Source: an uncultured Phycisphaerales bacterium
Lineage (GTDB): Bacteria > Planctomycetota > Phycisphaerae > Tepidisphaerales > Tepidisphaeraceae
Reading direction: 5' to 3'
DNA length: 64,000 nt
Assembly (NCBI GenBank): GCA_963758525.1
Contig: CAVWVQ010000003.1
Location: forward strand, 4,640,001 to 4,704,000
Position 1 is the first letter of the stretch. Every line of letters starts with the position of its first letter. Positions 1 to 10,262 of this stretch are shown here, piece by piece. The notes beneath the pieces are model-generated. The model was not told the DNA's origin. It ran no database searches and saw nothing but the letters and a program-made list of their open reading frames with translations. The position numbers were made by a program, and so were the translations under genes.

Positions 1-550
1 GCACGACTGCTCGGGCGGAACGGCAAACGGGAAGAGCATCCTGCGATACTCATTTCTCCGCACCAGGAGATCGTTCAACCCGAACAGTTTGACCCTCGAT
101 CCGGAGGCAGGCGCCATACGTTCCAATCTTGTCGCCGCGATGGGAGTAAGTACGAAGTACCGGGAATTTAGCGACCCGCACATCACGCTGCCTGTTGGCG
201 CGCAGACCCAACTCACGAGAGATTGCGCCGCGATCCTAAACTGGTACGCGGTATTGGACATTCCGGATGACTGCGAATACCTGCTTGGAGATGTGCCGCC
301 TCCTCTGATGCTGCAAATCAACGATGCGTATCGCAAGCATCTCAGGAGAAGACTTGGCGCTGCGCGGAACGATTGCGGAGTTGCTGGGATTACTCGGATC
401 GCGTTCAAAAAGATTGCGAGGGACAGCCCCATGGCGTCAATTCCCCATCGCGCCCTTGATCTGAATCTGGCCCGTCGGCTGGGGCAAGCCACCGGTTGGC
501 TCGTCAGTGACTGCCGCGATCGCGCCGCTTCCAATATTCGGTGGCACTGA
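1..550 (+). CDS. Partial, probably frameshifted protein, possibly PemK/MazF-like toxin fold
   Basis: Frame 1 from the window edge reads ARLLGRNGKREEHPAILISP and shifts near 110 into ORF 89..550 (VAAMGVSTK...HITLP...TQLTRDCAAILNW...GDVPP). The pattern is reminiscent of PemK/MazF. The 3' end overlaps the convergent gene and is uncertain. Confidence 0.3.
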   Translation, partial: HDCSGGTANGKSILRYSFLRTRRSFNPNSLTLDPEAGAIRSNLVAAMGVSTKYREFSDPHITLPVGAQTQLTRDCAAILNWYAVLDIPDDCEYLLGDVPPPLMLQINDAYRKHLRRRLGAARNDCGVAGITRIAFKKIARDSPMASIPHRALDLNLARRLGQATGWLVSDCRDRAASNIRWH

Positions 551-1230
551 ACCCGTGAGATATCCGACTCCCGCTGCATCCACACCGAACGTGCCGGCGG
601 CGATTGGCTTCCGGCCTTTGGGGATCAGCCAGAATTCGTAGGTCTTGTCCGGGGGGAGCGCTTGAGCCCGCGGGCGGCAAACCACCATTTCCCAAGTTGC
701 GGGTCCATGAAGACGCGACCCTGGGCCGACGGAAGCGCGGCTCCCTCAAGCGACACCATCAGGGCCGACGGCGAACGAATCGCGCGGGCGGTTTGCTGCT
801 CCGTAGCCAGCGCAATGCGCAGATCGGAAAGCTGCTGATCACGCTGATCCAACTGCGCGGTGAGTTGCGCGACGGAACGCGCTTCGCGCATCCAGGCTCC
901 GCCGACGACGATCAGCACCGCGGCGGCGATGGCCCCGCCGATCAGCGCACCGATCCACCACGTGCTCCGTACCGGCGCGACCGTTCCGACTTTGCGGGCA
1001 CCGGCCGATTCGCGGACACGAGCCAGCAGACGCTCGCGAATGCCGCCGGGCGCTTCTGTCATTGGCAGCGCCAGCGGGAGCATGGTCAGCGTCGCCTGCA
1101 GTTCCGCCAGGCGCCCGGCACAACGCGGGCATCCGCTGGCCAGATGAGCGCGCAGCATTTCCAATTCGTCCTGCGGCAGCGTGCCCAGCGCGAGTTCGAT
1201 CAGTCGGTCGTCGTACTCTTCACATTTCAA
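437..1230 (-). CDS. Anti-sigma factor, RskA-like (N-terminal ZAS-like HxxxxCxxC, TM helix, C-terminal RskA domain); one frameshift near 660
   Basis: HLASGCPRC, a hydrophobic TM segment and a coiled coil in ORF 625..1266. The C-terminus LPPDKTYEFWLI...AVTDEPTGGLPQPTG is in ORF 437..688. Directly downstream of an ECF sigma. Confidence 0.85.
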
Positions 1231-1305
1231 GCCAACATTCCTTCGTCTTACATAAATACGTTCCACAAGCGCCAGCGGATGCTTCGACGGTCGTTGGATG
1301 TCAGA

Positions 1306-1905
1306 TTATTCAGCATCAGGGTCGCCCAATAACTTTCCGAGCCTTAACAACGCTTGACGAATGCGGGACTTGATGGTGCCCAGCGGCGCATTGAGCCGGG
1401 CGGCAACTTCGGTGTGCGTCAGCGCCTCATAAAAAGCCAGTTCCAGCGCTTCGCGATCCGGAGGCGCGAGCTGTTCCAGAGCCGCGCGAACGCGAATCTT
1501 CTGCTCATGGACCAGCGCATCAGTCACTGGCGAGGATTCGCTGGACGCAAGGGGTGCGACGCGTCGCTCCTGACCGAGAGTCGCTTCGTCAGGCAGGCGC
1601 TTGCGAGCCCGGCCTGCCCGCAACCGATCCACCGCGCGGCTGCGCGTGACGCCAAGCAGGTAAGCCATCGGCGTCCCGCGGGTTGGATCGAAACGGTCGG
1701 CCCGCTCCCAGATCTCCCAGAAGACGTCCAGAACGACATCTTCGCAGGCCATTCGATCGCCGAGCATCCTGAAACACAGTGAGTGCAGCAGTGTGCCATA
1801 GCGATCGTACAAGCGTGCCAGCGCAGCGTCATCGCGTGCTGCGATCGCCTTCAGCAACGCATAGTCATCGGGGAGTTGAAGGGTACGATCAGCCGGCCGC
1901 GCCAT
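1306..1905 (-). CDS. ECF sigma-70 factor (SigK-like)
   Basis: Region 2 LYDRY...EDVVLDVFWEIW...FDPTRG and region 4 LTHTEVAARLNAPLGTIKSRIR; followed by the RskA-like gene. Confidence 0.92.
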   Translation of the reverse strand: MARPADRTLQLPDDYALLKAIAARDDAALARLYDRYGTLLHSLCFRMLGDRMACEDVVLDVFWEIWERADRFDPTRGTPMAYLLGVTRSRAVDRLRAGRARKRLPDEATLGQERRVAPLASSESSPVTDALVHEQKIRVRAALEQLAPPDREALELAFYEALTHTEVAARLNAPLGTIKSRIRQALLRLGKLLGDPDAE

Positions 1906-2042
1906 CCGAGGAATTCCCTTGCCAGCGGCTTGAACGGCTCCGCCCGCCCGATTGTAACGTGCCAGGATTCTCTTAGGAACCTGCGAACTACATCCACGCA
2001 AAATACATCCGGGTTGAGCGATCCTGCGTATTGCCCGGTGCC

Positions 2043-2582
2043 ATGACACTTGCAGAACCAGATTTCGCGGCGTTAGCGGTCGAACAGTTTGACGCCTTGT
2101 ACGGCCTGGCACGGCGACTGAGCGGCGATCCCGCCCGTGCCGAGGACCTGGTGCAGGAGACCTACCTCAGGGCTTTGCGCGCCCGCGAATCGTTTCATCT
2201 CGAAGAATTCGGCATTCGCCCCTGGCTGATGCGCATTTTGCATAATCTCCACGTCACGCGCTCCACGCGCGAATCGCGCCAGCCGATGGCCGTCGAAGCC
2301 GAGGCGTTGGAACGGGTTGCGGGCGGAAGCGGCGGAGGCAGGACCATGCGCGCATTGGCCGCGGATGATATGGATCAGGAGTTGGTGTGGGCGATCGATG
2401 CGCTGCCCGCGTCATACCGCGCGGTGCTGTTGCTGTGGGCTGTGGAAGAAAAGAGCTATGCCGAGATTGCCGAAGCACTCTCACTTCCCCCCGGCACGGT
2501 CATGAGCCGCCTGCATCGGGCGCGCAAACGCATTTGTGAGCAAATGGGTCGAACGGAGCTGAGCCGAAATTCCCTCGCATGA
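2043..2582 (+). CDS. ECF sigma-70 factor
   Basis: AEDLVQETYLRA, WLMRILHN and SYAEIAEALSLPPGTVMSRLHRAR motifs. Confidence 0.92.
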   Translation: MTLAEPDFAALAVEQFDALYGLARRLSGDPARAEDLVQETYLRALRARESFHLEEFGIRPWLMRILHNLHVTRSTRESRQPMAVEAEALERVAGGSGGGRTMRALAADDMDQELVWAIDALPASYRAVLLLWAVEEKSYAEIAEALSLPPGTVMSRLHRARKRICEQMGRTELSRNSLA

Positions 2583-2616
2583 ACATCGATGGGCAGCAAA
2601 ACAACTGCTCCTCCGC

Positions 2617-3537
2617 TTAGCTCGGGCGGCCGTTGAGCGAGTCATTGAGGGCGTTGTTATCGCCGTGGTGTCGCATGAGATGCTGGATGATTTCGAGCTT
2701 GCGGGTGACGGTGCACATCGAATCGGGGCGTTTGGCTGGGGAGGTTCTGACGCACTCCATCACCAGGCTGGAAAGGTTCTCCGGGACCAGGTGATTGTGA
2801 TCGAGCGGGGACGGAATGCGCGCGTCAAAGAGGAAGCTGTTGGCCCCCTTATTCAGATTGAAGAGCGTTGGAATATGCTTTCCGCACAGCGCCCAGTAGA
2901 GCGTTGCGCCGAAATTGAAGACATCGGTTCGGCAGGTGACAGCCTCGCACTTCACCTGCTCAGGAGCCATGTAATCGGGAGTGCCCTGCACCCGCTCCTT
3001 GATGGTGCCGGCCCGGCAGGCTTGTCCGAGATCGATCACCTTCATGTCGTCATTATTGGCGCGGAGCAGATTGTTGGGCTTGAGATCGCAGTGAACCCAA
3101 CCCGCATTGTGCATGGCGGCGAGAGCCTGGCCGACTTTGATGAAGCATTCGAGCGTCTCATCAATGCTGGTGGTAGGCCGCGCTTCGAGCGATTCTCCGT
3201 CGAACAGTTCCAGCACGAGGCCTGCCTCCACGGTTTTGCGGAGCAGCGTACGATTCATTTTCAACTCGATCGATCGCCGCAGCGCCGGATGGTTCACGGC
3301 CCGGCCTGCTTCGAGCTCGGTCTGCAGCTGGGTGATGAATCTTTCAGACTTGTCGTTGGTTCGCACGACGTGTTTGAGAGCGTAGATCTGATGCGTGAGC
3401 GGTTCGCTGACTGCGTAGAGGCTGCTGCCGGCGCCTTGGCCGAGATATTCCAACACGTCATAGCCGAAGAGCTTTTTCGGGATCAGGTGGTCGCCGCCCT
3501 TCGGATTGGCCCAGTTCATTGGATGGTCGGCAAACAT
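2617..3537 (-). CDS. Hanks-type Ser/Thr protein kinase
   Basis: LGQGAGS, ALK, HCDLKPNN, DLG, GTPDYMAPE and DVFNFG motifs. Confidence 0.93.
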   Translation of the reverse strand: MFADHPMNWANPKGGDHLIPKKLFGYDVLEYLGQGAGSSLYAVSEPLTHQIYALKHVVRTNDKSERFITQLQTELEAGRAVNHPALRRSIELKMNRTLLRKTVEAGLVLELFDGESLEARPTTSIDETLECFIKVGQALAAMHNAGWVHCDLKPNNLLRANNDDMKVIDLGQACRAGTIKERVQGTPDYMAPEQVKCEAVTCRTDVFNFGATLYWALCGKHIPTLFNLNKGANSFLFDARIPSPLDHNHLVPENLSSLVMECVRTSPAKRPDSMCTVTRKLEIIQHLMRHHGDNNALNDSLNGRPS

Positions 3538-3802
3538 CAATGTCCCCGGTCTGTCGCCTGCGAAATGCCGTTTGCGCCCCGAGATCGGAATCCACACACC
3601 GAACAAGTTGTTATCTGTAAACGTCAGCCGTCGCGCTCCCGCAGTTGGGCGGCAGCGCGCAGACGACATTGAAGATATTCCCGACTGGCCCGTTATCAGA
3701 CGCCACGCGCCCACCAGAAAGCGTCCGACTCTTCACAACCTCAGTGTGAATCAGTTTATCAACACGGCGACATGCGTCAATGCTTTAATTGCCGTGGGCC
3801 CG

Positions 3803-4160
3803 CTATTTCTGCGGTTTTATTCGCGCCTCGAGTGCTTCGCGGCGCGTGGCAAAAACGGGAATCAGCCGATGCAGCCGAGTGATCTTGACGGCTTGGACCA
3901 ATTGAGGGTTGAGGCCGCAGAGAACGACCTCTCCGCCGGGAAAGGCGCTCGAGGCGCAGATGTGCCCGCAGCACCATACTGAGCGCCTGGCTGGAGGCAT
4001 GTTTCACGCGATGAAAGTCGAAGAGCAAGCGGCGCATGCCGCCGTCGACCAGCGCTTGAACTGCCTTTTCGACCGTTTCGATCTCCAGGCCGTTGAGGAG
4101 GGTCGAAGTTTGAAAGACGAGGACTGTGAAACCGTCCTGTTCTTTGGTTCTGAAAATCAT
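3803..4160 (-). CDS. STAS-domain anti-anti-sigma factor; one frameshift near 3940
   Basis: LLFDFHRVKHASSQAL in ORF 3777..4217 continues as GGEVVLCGLNPQLVQAVKITRLHRLIPVF in ORF 3803..4000. An extra base in CTTTCCC would explain the break. Confidence 0.8.
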
Positions 4161-4299
4161 AATTGCGCCAAAGTCCGTTTCGCGCGGTGCCCGGATCGAC
4201 CGGTTCAGTGACCGCAACGGTATACCATAAAAATCTTTGAGGCGGCGCGGTCATCGAAGTATGCTACGATGGCGGCGGCAGGTCATTGAGGCGGCGGCG

Positions 4300-5889
4300 A
4301 TGGATATATCCTCCCTCGGTCCGAATCTTCTGCGGACGTTGATCGATCATCTCCCGGACTCCATCTATGTCAAAGATGTGCAGGGGCGCTATGTCCTGGA
4401 CAATGCCACACACATGCATCTGCTGGGGGCGAACTCAACCGATCAGGTTCTAGGGAAGACAGCGTACGACTTTTTCCCCGTAGGTCTGGCTTCGCGCTAC
4501 GACCATGACGATCAGACGGTGATTCAGACCGGTCAGTCATTGCTCAACCGCGAGGAGCCGATCGTGGACAGCAACGGCGAGCCGCGATGGATCGTCACCT
4601 CGAAGGTGGCGTTGAGAAACGGCGGCGCGGAAGTGATCGGGCTGGTGGGAATCAGTCGGGATATCACGCATCAAAAGCGCACCGTGGAAGAGCGTGACCG
4701 GTTCTTTCAACTGACGCCCGATCTTCTCTGCATCGCCGGATTTGACGGCTTCTTCAAGCAGCTCAACCCGGCATGGACGGCAACGTTTCAGTACAGCGCG
4801 GCCGAGCTGATGGCGGTTCCCTATATCGAGTTTGTTCATCCTGACGATCGTCATGCCACGATGGCCCAGGCCGCGAATATCGCGCGTGGCGCGCCGGCAT
4901 CGCAGTTCAAGAGTCGCTACCGCGCGCGGGACGGATCGTATAAATGGCTTTCGTGGAGCGTGTCGCCGTCGACTGAGCACGGGCTGTTCTATGGGGTTGC
5001 CCGCGACATCACCGAGTCGCGCGAGGCCGAGCAGCGGCTGGTGGCCGCCAACATCGAGTTGGCGCGCAGCGAAGCGCAGCTTCTGGAGACGATGTCGGCG
5101 CTGCGGGCTTCGCACGAGGATCTGATCCAAGCGCAGATGCACCTGATCCAGGCGGAAAAGATGGATTCGGTGGGGCGGCTGGCGGCAGGCGTTGCGCACG
5201 AGGTGAAAAACCCGCTGGCGATCCTGCTGATGGGCGTGGAGTACCTGTCGAATCATTTGCCGCCCGGGGCGGCCAACGCGCCCAACGTGATCCGCGCCAT
5301 GCGGGACGCGATTCACCGGGCGGACCGCATCGTCCGCGGCATGCTGGATTTTTCCAGCGACCGCCAACTCAACATCCAGCAGCACGACATCCGCGCCGTC
5401 ATCGAGCAGTCGCTGCTGCTCGTGAAGCACGAATTGCTGACCGGGCGCGTCGCGGTGAAGCTCGACCTGCCGGAAGGGTTGCCTCACCTGCAGTTGGACG
5501 CGACCAAAATGCAGCAGGTATTTGTAAACCTCTTCATGAATGCGATCCACGCAATGCCAGGGGGAGGCAGCCTGTCGGTCAGCGCCTGTTCGTCGGTGTT
5601 CCGCGAATCGACGGCCTACGATTCGTCGCGCGCGACATCTTCACGTCCCGGCGATCCCGTGGTGCTGGTCACCATTGAGGACACGGGGCACGGCATACCT
5701 GCCGACAAACTGTCAAGGGTCTTCGATCCGTTCTTCACGACCAAGCCGCCAGGCAAGGGGACGGGATTGGGAATGACCGTTACGCGAAAGATCATCGAGT
5801 TGCACGGCGGAGCCATCGATCTGCGAAATCGTCCCGAGCGGGGCGTGGTGGTCACGCTGGTTCTCAAGTGCCCGGAATACGCCACATGA
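4300..5889 (+). CDS. Cytoplasmic PAS-PAS sensor histidine kinase
   Basis: Two PAS/PAC domains, H-box AHEVKNPL, N-box NLFMNA, G1 DTGHG, F-box FDPFFTTK and G2 GTGLG. Confidence 0.95.
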   Translation: MDISSLGPNLLRTLIDHLPDSIYVKDVQGRYVLDNATHMHLLGANSTDQVLGKTAYDFFPVGLASRYDHDDQTVIQTGQSLLNREEPIVDSNGEPRWIVTSKVALRNGGAEVIGLVGISRDITHQKRTVEERDRFFQLTPDLLCIAGFDGFFKQLNPAWTATFQYSAAELMAVPYIEFVHPDDRHATMAQAANIARGAPASQFKSRYRARDGSYKWLSWSVSPSTEHGLFYGVARDITESREAEQRLVAANIELARSEAQLLETMSALRASHEDLIQAQMHLIQAEKMDSVGRLAAGVAHEVKNPLAILLMGVEYLSNHLPPGAANAPNVIRAMRDAIHRADRIVRGMLDFSSDRQLNIQQHDIRAVIEQSLLLVKHELLTGRVAVKLDLPEGLPHLQLDATKMQQVFVNLFMNAIHAMPGGGSLSVSACSSVFRESTAYDSSRATSSRPGDPVVLVTIEDTGHGIPADKLSRVFDPFFTTKPPGKGTGLGMTVTRKIIELHGGAIDLRNRPERGVVVTLVLKCPEYAT

Positions 5890-6254
5890 CAAAAAAAATT
5901 CTCGTTGTCGATGATGAACCGGATCTCACCATGCTGATCCGTCTGAACCTCGAACCCACGTACGAAGTGCGCGAGGAAAACAGCGCACTGCAGGCGGTCC
6001 AGACCGCGCGCGAATTCAAACCGGACCTGATTCTGCTGGATGTGATGATGCCCGACCTGGAAGGGGGCGACATTGCCGCGGCGATCGATGCGGATCCGAC
6101 GTTGAAGCACACCCCGATTATTTTCCTCACTGCAACGGTGCTGCGCGAGGAGCTTTCCGCGCCGGTGGCGTTCATCGGGGGAAGGCCGTTCATGGCCAAG
6201 CCGGTGGATATGGAAGCGCTGGCGTCCACGATCGAGAAGGTGCTTGCCGCTTAG
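5886..6254 (+). CDS. Single-domain response regulator (CheY-like)
   Basis: ILVVDDE, DLILLDVMMP, FLTA and KP motifs; ATGA overlap with the kinase stop. Confidence 0.95.
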   Translation: MTKKILVVDDEPDLTMLIRLNLEPTYEVREENSALQAVQTAREFKPDLILLDVMMPDLEGGDIAAAIDADPTLKHTPIIFLTATVLREELSAPVAFIGGRPFMAKPVDMEALASTIEKVLAA

Positions 6255-6272
6255 AGCAGTTTTCAGGTTCGA

Positions 6273-7657
6273 TCAACCGCGTTGAATCTCGCTGAACGTT
6301 ACCGCGTCCAGGTCAAGGCCGGCGAAGATGCCTGAGTCGAAGTAGAGCTGCACAACCCGGCCGACATGGCGGCGTTGTCCGTGCAGTATGCCGGGGGCGG
6401 AAAAAAGACGGGGAGCCGGAATCGGCTCATGGCCAGGCGCAATCCGCGATTGGCGGAAACGCCGCCGCCGATGACGACAGATCGCGCGCCGGTGCGCAGT
6501 GCTGCGCGTTCGATCTTTTCGAGCAACACGTCTATGCATGCCGCCTGGAAGGAGGCGGCGATGTCGTGAAGATGCTGGCCGGTCGGCGCGGGAATCTGAG
6601 ACGCCTTGACGTTTTCACCGCGGCGCGGGACGCCGCGAACATGATAGAGCACGGCCGTCTTCAGTCCGCTGAAGGAAAAGTCGAGCGAATCCGGCGTCAG
6701 AAGTGTGCGCGGGAAGCGGATGGCGTTGGGATCGCCGGTCCGCGCGAGATGATCGAGAATAGGTCCGCCGGGATAGCCCAGCCCCAACAGCGCGGCGACC
6801 TTGTCGTAGGCTTCGCCGACAGCATCGTCGATTGTGGAGCCGATGAGATGGACGTCGCGCCAGCCGGAACCGACGCGATACAGCGCGGTGTGCCCGCCGC
6901 TGCAGACCAGGCCGACGGCTGGAAACAGAACTTCCGTGGCGTCGAAAGATGGCTGCGGCAACTTCTGCCAAGGCAGCGGAGCATTTCTTGCCCTGTCCGC
7001 TGGTACTCCGGGGGAGGGTTGGGGTGGGGGCGGGGCCGTTTCCGAATCATGGTGGGATCTTGCGGAGATGCCGGGCGAGCCCCCACCCTGACCCTCCCCC
7101 GAAGTACCAGGGGAGGGGAAAAAGGAGGGGCCGATATCGCAACCGCTGTCCGTTAGTGAGACGGCACTGTTGCTTGCCGGCAGATGTTCCGGCAGTCGCG
7201 TGCCGGCGCGGTGCGGTTGCGACCCACCCGCGTCGCTCTCCAGCGTGACGCTATACAAGTGCGCGTGAACATGATCGATTCCGATCAGCGGCTTGCCCAG
7301 CGCCCATGCAAGCGTCTTGGCGGCAGTGACGCCGATGAGGAGCGAACCAATCAGCCCCGGGCGGTGAGCCACGGCGATTGCGTCGATTTCATCGAAGCTG
7401 CGCAACCCGGCGCTCGCGATCGCCTCGCGGAGGACCGGCAGAATGCTCTGCAGATGCGCGCGGCTGGCAATTTCCGGAACCACGCCACGATATTTTGCGT
7501 GCAGTTCAACCTGTGACGCGACGACGTTGGAGCGCACGCGATGACCGTCCGCCACAACGGCGGCGGCGGTTTCGTCGCAGGTCGATTCGATGCCAAGAAT
7601 CAGGCTCAATTGGTCATCTCCCAATTTTTTGCGATCTTCGATACTGTCAGTCTGCAA
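6273..7657 (-). CDS. tsaD: tRNA N6-adenosine threonylcarbamoyltransferase with a ~100-aa internal insertion; frameshift near 6352
   Basis: LGIESTCDETA, GVVPEIASRAH, HVHAH, SGGHT, TIDDAVGEAYDK, FSFSGLKTA, GGVSAN and CTDNAAM motifs. The C-terminal tail QLYFDSG...IQRG is in another frame. Start codon uncertain. Confidence 0.93.
6991..7119. repeat. Inverted pair of REP-like units (CCCCCACCC..ACCCTCCCCCG.AGTACCAG.GGA.GGG) inside the tsaD reading frame
   Basis: 6991-7030 and 7080-7119 are near reverse complements, and each unit is itself an imperfect hairpin. Confidence 0.75.
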
Positions 7658-7676
7658 TTCTGCTCAAGGTCATCGC

Positions 7677-8804
7677 TCATTGCGGATTCGGAAATTCCGC
7701 ACGCGTGAATCGCCCGTCGACGTTGATTTTTTCCCCGTCGATCTCCACAAACCCGCCGGTTCGCAGATCGACCACCATGTCCCAATGGACGCCGCTCTGG
7801 TTCGCATTGCCGGTTTCAGGGTAGCCCGAACCGATGGCAAAATGCACGGTTCCGCCGATCTTTTCATCGAAGAGGGTATTTCGCGTGAAGCGGGTGATGC
7901 CGTAGTTGGTTCCGATCGCGCATTCGCCGAGGAATCGGCTGCCCGCATCGGTGTCGAGCATGGAGTAGAGGAAGTCCTGCCCTTTGCTGGCGGAGGCGTC
8001 GATCACCTTCCCGTTCTTGAAGACAAGTTTGACGTCCAGCACCTCCCGGCCGTGATGGACTGCGGGAAAGCTGAAGCAAATCGTACCGTTGACGCTGTCG
8101 AGGACCGGGCCGGTAAAGACCTCGCCGTCGGGGAAATTCTCATGGCCGTCGCAGTTGATCCAGCGATTCCCGGCAACGCACAGCCGCACGTCGGTTCCGT
8201 TGGCGGCGACGACGCGATAGTCGCTCTTGCCGTTCAGATAATCGGCCAGACGCTGCTGCCGTTCGCTGACGCGTCGCCACGCCGCGGCGGGATCGGGTTC
8301 GTGAAGAAGGCCGGCGCCATAGACGAACTGCTCATATTCGCTGAGGCTCATCTCTGCATCCTGCGCCGAGGCCTGCGTGGGGAATTGCGTCGCGGTCCAC
8401 TTTAAAGACCCCTCCGCCGCGCGCTGGAGAAAGCGCTCCATGATCGGCTTGCGAGCGGCCTGGGTCAGCCCCATTTTCTTCGGATCGCAGTTCGACAGCG
8501 CCCGCGTATTGGATTCCGCCCAGGCGCTGATTGAGCAATCGATCTTTTCATTTTCGAACTGTGCGATCGGATTCAGGTGGCGAAGCTGTTCGTCGCTGCC
8601 GTTCTTGAGCAGAATCTCGCCCAGTTCCTCCGGTCCGACGCGCACAAAGGGGTGTGCCCCGGCGGCGAGGGCTGCGCGATAGACCTCAATCAACAGCGGC
8701 AGCGCCAGGACCGGACCGCTGACGCGAACAAGCTGATCCTTGTTCACAGCGGCGCTGTAATTCACCAGAACATCGGCCAATTTGATAATATTTGTGTCGG
8801 CCAT
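7677..8804 (-). CDS. Aminopeptidase, M29 (AmpT/PepS) family
   Basis: KLADVLVNYS, NFPDGEVFTGP, LGECAIGTN, LFDEKIGGTVHFAIG and SGVHWDMV motifs. Confidence 0.93.
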   Translation of the reverse strand: MADTNIIKLADVLVNYSAAVNKDQLVRVSGPVLALPLLIEVYRAALAAGAHPFVRVGPEELGEILLKNGSDEQLRHLNPIAQFENEKIDCSISAWAESNTRALSNCDPKKMGLTQAARKPIMERFLQRAAEGSLKWTATQFPTQASAQDAEMSLSEYEQFVYGAGLLHEPDPAAAWRRVSERQQRLADYLNGKSDYRVVAANGTDVRLCVAGNRWINCDGHENFPDGEVFTGPVLDSVNGTICFSFPAVHHGREVLDVKLVFKNGKVIDASASKGQDFLYSMLDTDAGSRFLGECAIGTNYGITRFTRNTLFDEKIGGTVHFAIGSGYPETGNANQSGVHWDMVVDLRTGGFVEIDGEKINVDGRFTRAEFPNPQ

Positions 8805-8910
8805 CGGGTTGAACTCCTTTGATCGCGGCTTTGCGGATTTTGCGCGTGCCGCTGGAGAGTGAGGTTGGATACTATGCTCTGGGATTTTAATCAATTGTTC
8901 TGGAGGCCTT

Positions 8911-9096
8911 ATGCGTTTGTTCAAGATGTTGGCGTATGCACTGATGGGATATGCGATTTATGAGTTCGTCCGCGGCATGGCCGAAGACCCGCAGGAGCGT
9001 CGCCCTGTAAGCAGCCGGCCCCCGCAGCCTGTTTCCCGTCCGCGTTCGGGAAACGCGTCTGGAAACGCGGCACGCGGAGCCGCTGCCGCATCGTAA
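8911..9096 (+). CDS. Small hypothetical protein with N-terminal hydrophobic helix
   Basis: GGAGG upstream; MRLFKMLAYALMGYAIYEFVRG followed by a low-complexity tail; lies just upstream of gnd. Confidence 0.55.
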   Translation: MRLFKMLAYALMGYAIYEFVRGMAEDPQERRPVSSRPPQPVSRPRSGNASGNAARGAAAAS

Positions 9097-9109
9097 TGGA
9101 GCACAGCAA

Positions 9110-10069
9110 ATGCAAATCGGATTCGTCGGTCTGGGAAAAATGGGCGGCAACATGACGCTGCGCCTGGTGCAGGGGGCTCCCGACGGAAGCGTCGCGGGCG
9201 GGCACCAGGTTGTTGGATTTGCCAAGGATCCCAATCCGGATTTGGACAATGTTGCCGGCGTGACCCTCAAGAAAACGCTTGAAGGGATGGTGGATGCGCT
9301 GGCGCTGCCGCGCGTGGTGTGGGTGATGGTGCCCGCAGGCGACGCGACGGAATCGGTCATCACGGAACTGGCCGGGTTGTTGAAGGAGGGTGACATCATT
9401 ATCGACGGAGGCAACAGCCATTACGTCGATTCCGTCCGGCGTCATCAGGGATTGACCAACCGACACATCGGCTTTGTCGACGCGGGCACCAGCGGCGGCA
9501 TCTGGGGACGCACCGAGGGTTACTGCATGATGGTGGGGGGCTCGGATCGCGACGTCGAATTCTGCAAGCCCGTCTTCGACACACTCGCCCCGCGCGGCGG
9601 GTGGGTGCGCGTGGGCCCCGCAGGTTCCGGTCATTTTGTGAAGATGGTTCACAACGGGATCGAATACGGGCTGATGGAGGCGTATGCCGAGGGTTTTGAA
9701 GTCCTGCACAAGGCGCCATTCCCGATCGATCTGCCGGCCGTCGCGGCGGTGTGGAACCGCGGCAGCGTGATTCGTTCCTGGCTGCTGGAGCTGACCGAGT
9801 CGATGTTCAAGACGGAAGGAAAATCGCTGGAGCAGATTCAACCGTATGTGCACGACAGCGGCGAGGGCAAGTGGACCATCAGCGCCGCCATGGAAGAATC
9901 CGTCCCGGTGCCGGTCATTTCCGCCGCATTGTTCGCCCGCTTCGCCTCCCGCGATCCGGAAAATTTTGCGGCGAGGTTCACCGCGGGTCTGCGCAATCAA
10001 TTTGGCGGCCACGCCATCGAACGTGCGGGCGCCAAGACCCTCAAGCCGACGGGGGAAACCTCGAAATAA
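9110..10069 (+). CDS. gnd: 6-phosphogluconate dehydrogenase, short (YqeC-like) type
   Basis: GFVGLGKMG, IIDGGNS, DAGTSGG, GHFVKMVHNGIEY and LRNQFGGH motifs. Confidence 0.95.
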   Translation: MQIGFVGLGKMGGNMTLRLVQGAPDGSVAGGHQVVGFAKDPNPDLDNVAGVTLKKTLEGMVDALALPRVVWVMVPAGDATESVITELAGLLKEGDIIIDGGNSHYVDSVRRHQGLTNRHIGFVDAGTSGGIWGRTEGYCMMVGGSDRDVEFCKPVFDTLAPRGGWVRVGPAGSGHFVKMVHNGIEYGLMEAYAEGFEVLHKAPFPIDLPAVAAVWNRGSVIRSWLLELTESMFKTEGKSLEQIQPYVHDSGEGKWTISAAMEESVPVPVISAALFARFASRDPENFAARFTAGLRNQFGGHAIERAGAKTLKPTGETSK

Positions 10070-10073
10070 AACT

Positions 10074-10144
10074 GGTGATCGGTGATTGGAACGTGACCGG
10101 AACAGTCGTCGCCTGTTCTTGTCACGTTCCAATCACCAATCACC
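10074..10144. repeat. Intergenic hairpin with 32-bp arms between gnd and zwf
   Basis: 10074-10105 pairs with 10113-10144 with 3 mismatches. Confidence 0.8.
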
Positions 10145-10262
10145 CCAGCGTTGAGCGTTTCACGTCTTCACGTTTCATGTGTGCTCTCAGTTTGATTTCA
10201 GACCCTTCCCGACGTATCACAACGCCCCTTAGCCGCGCGACTGTCTAACCCGAGGTGATCGC

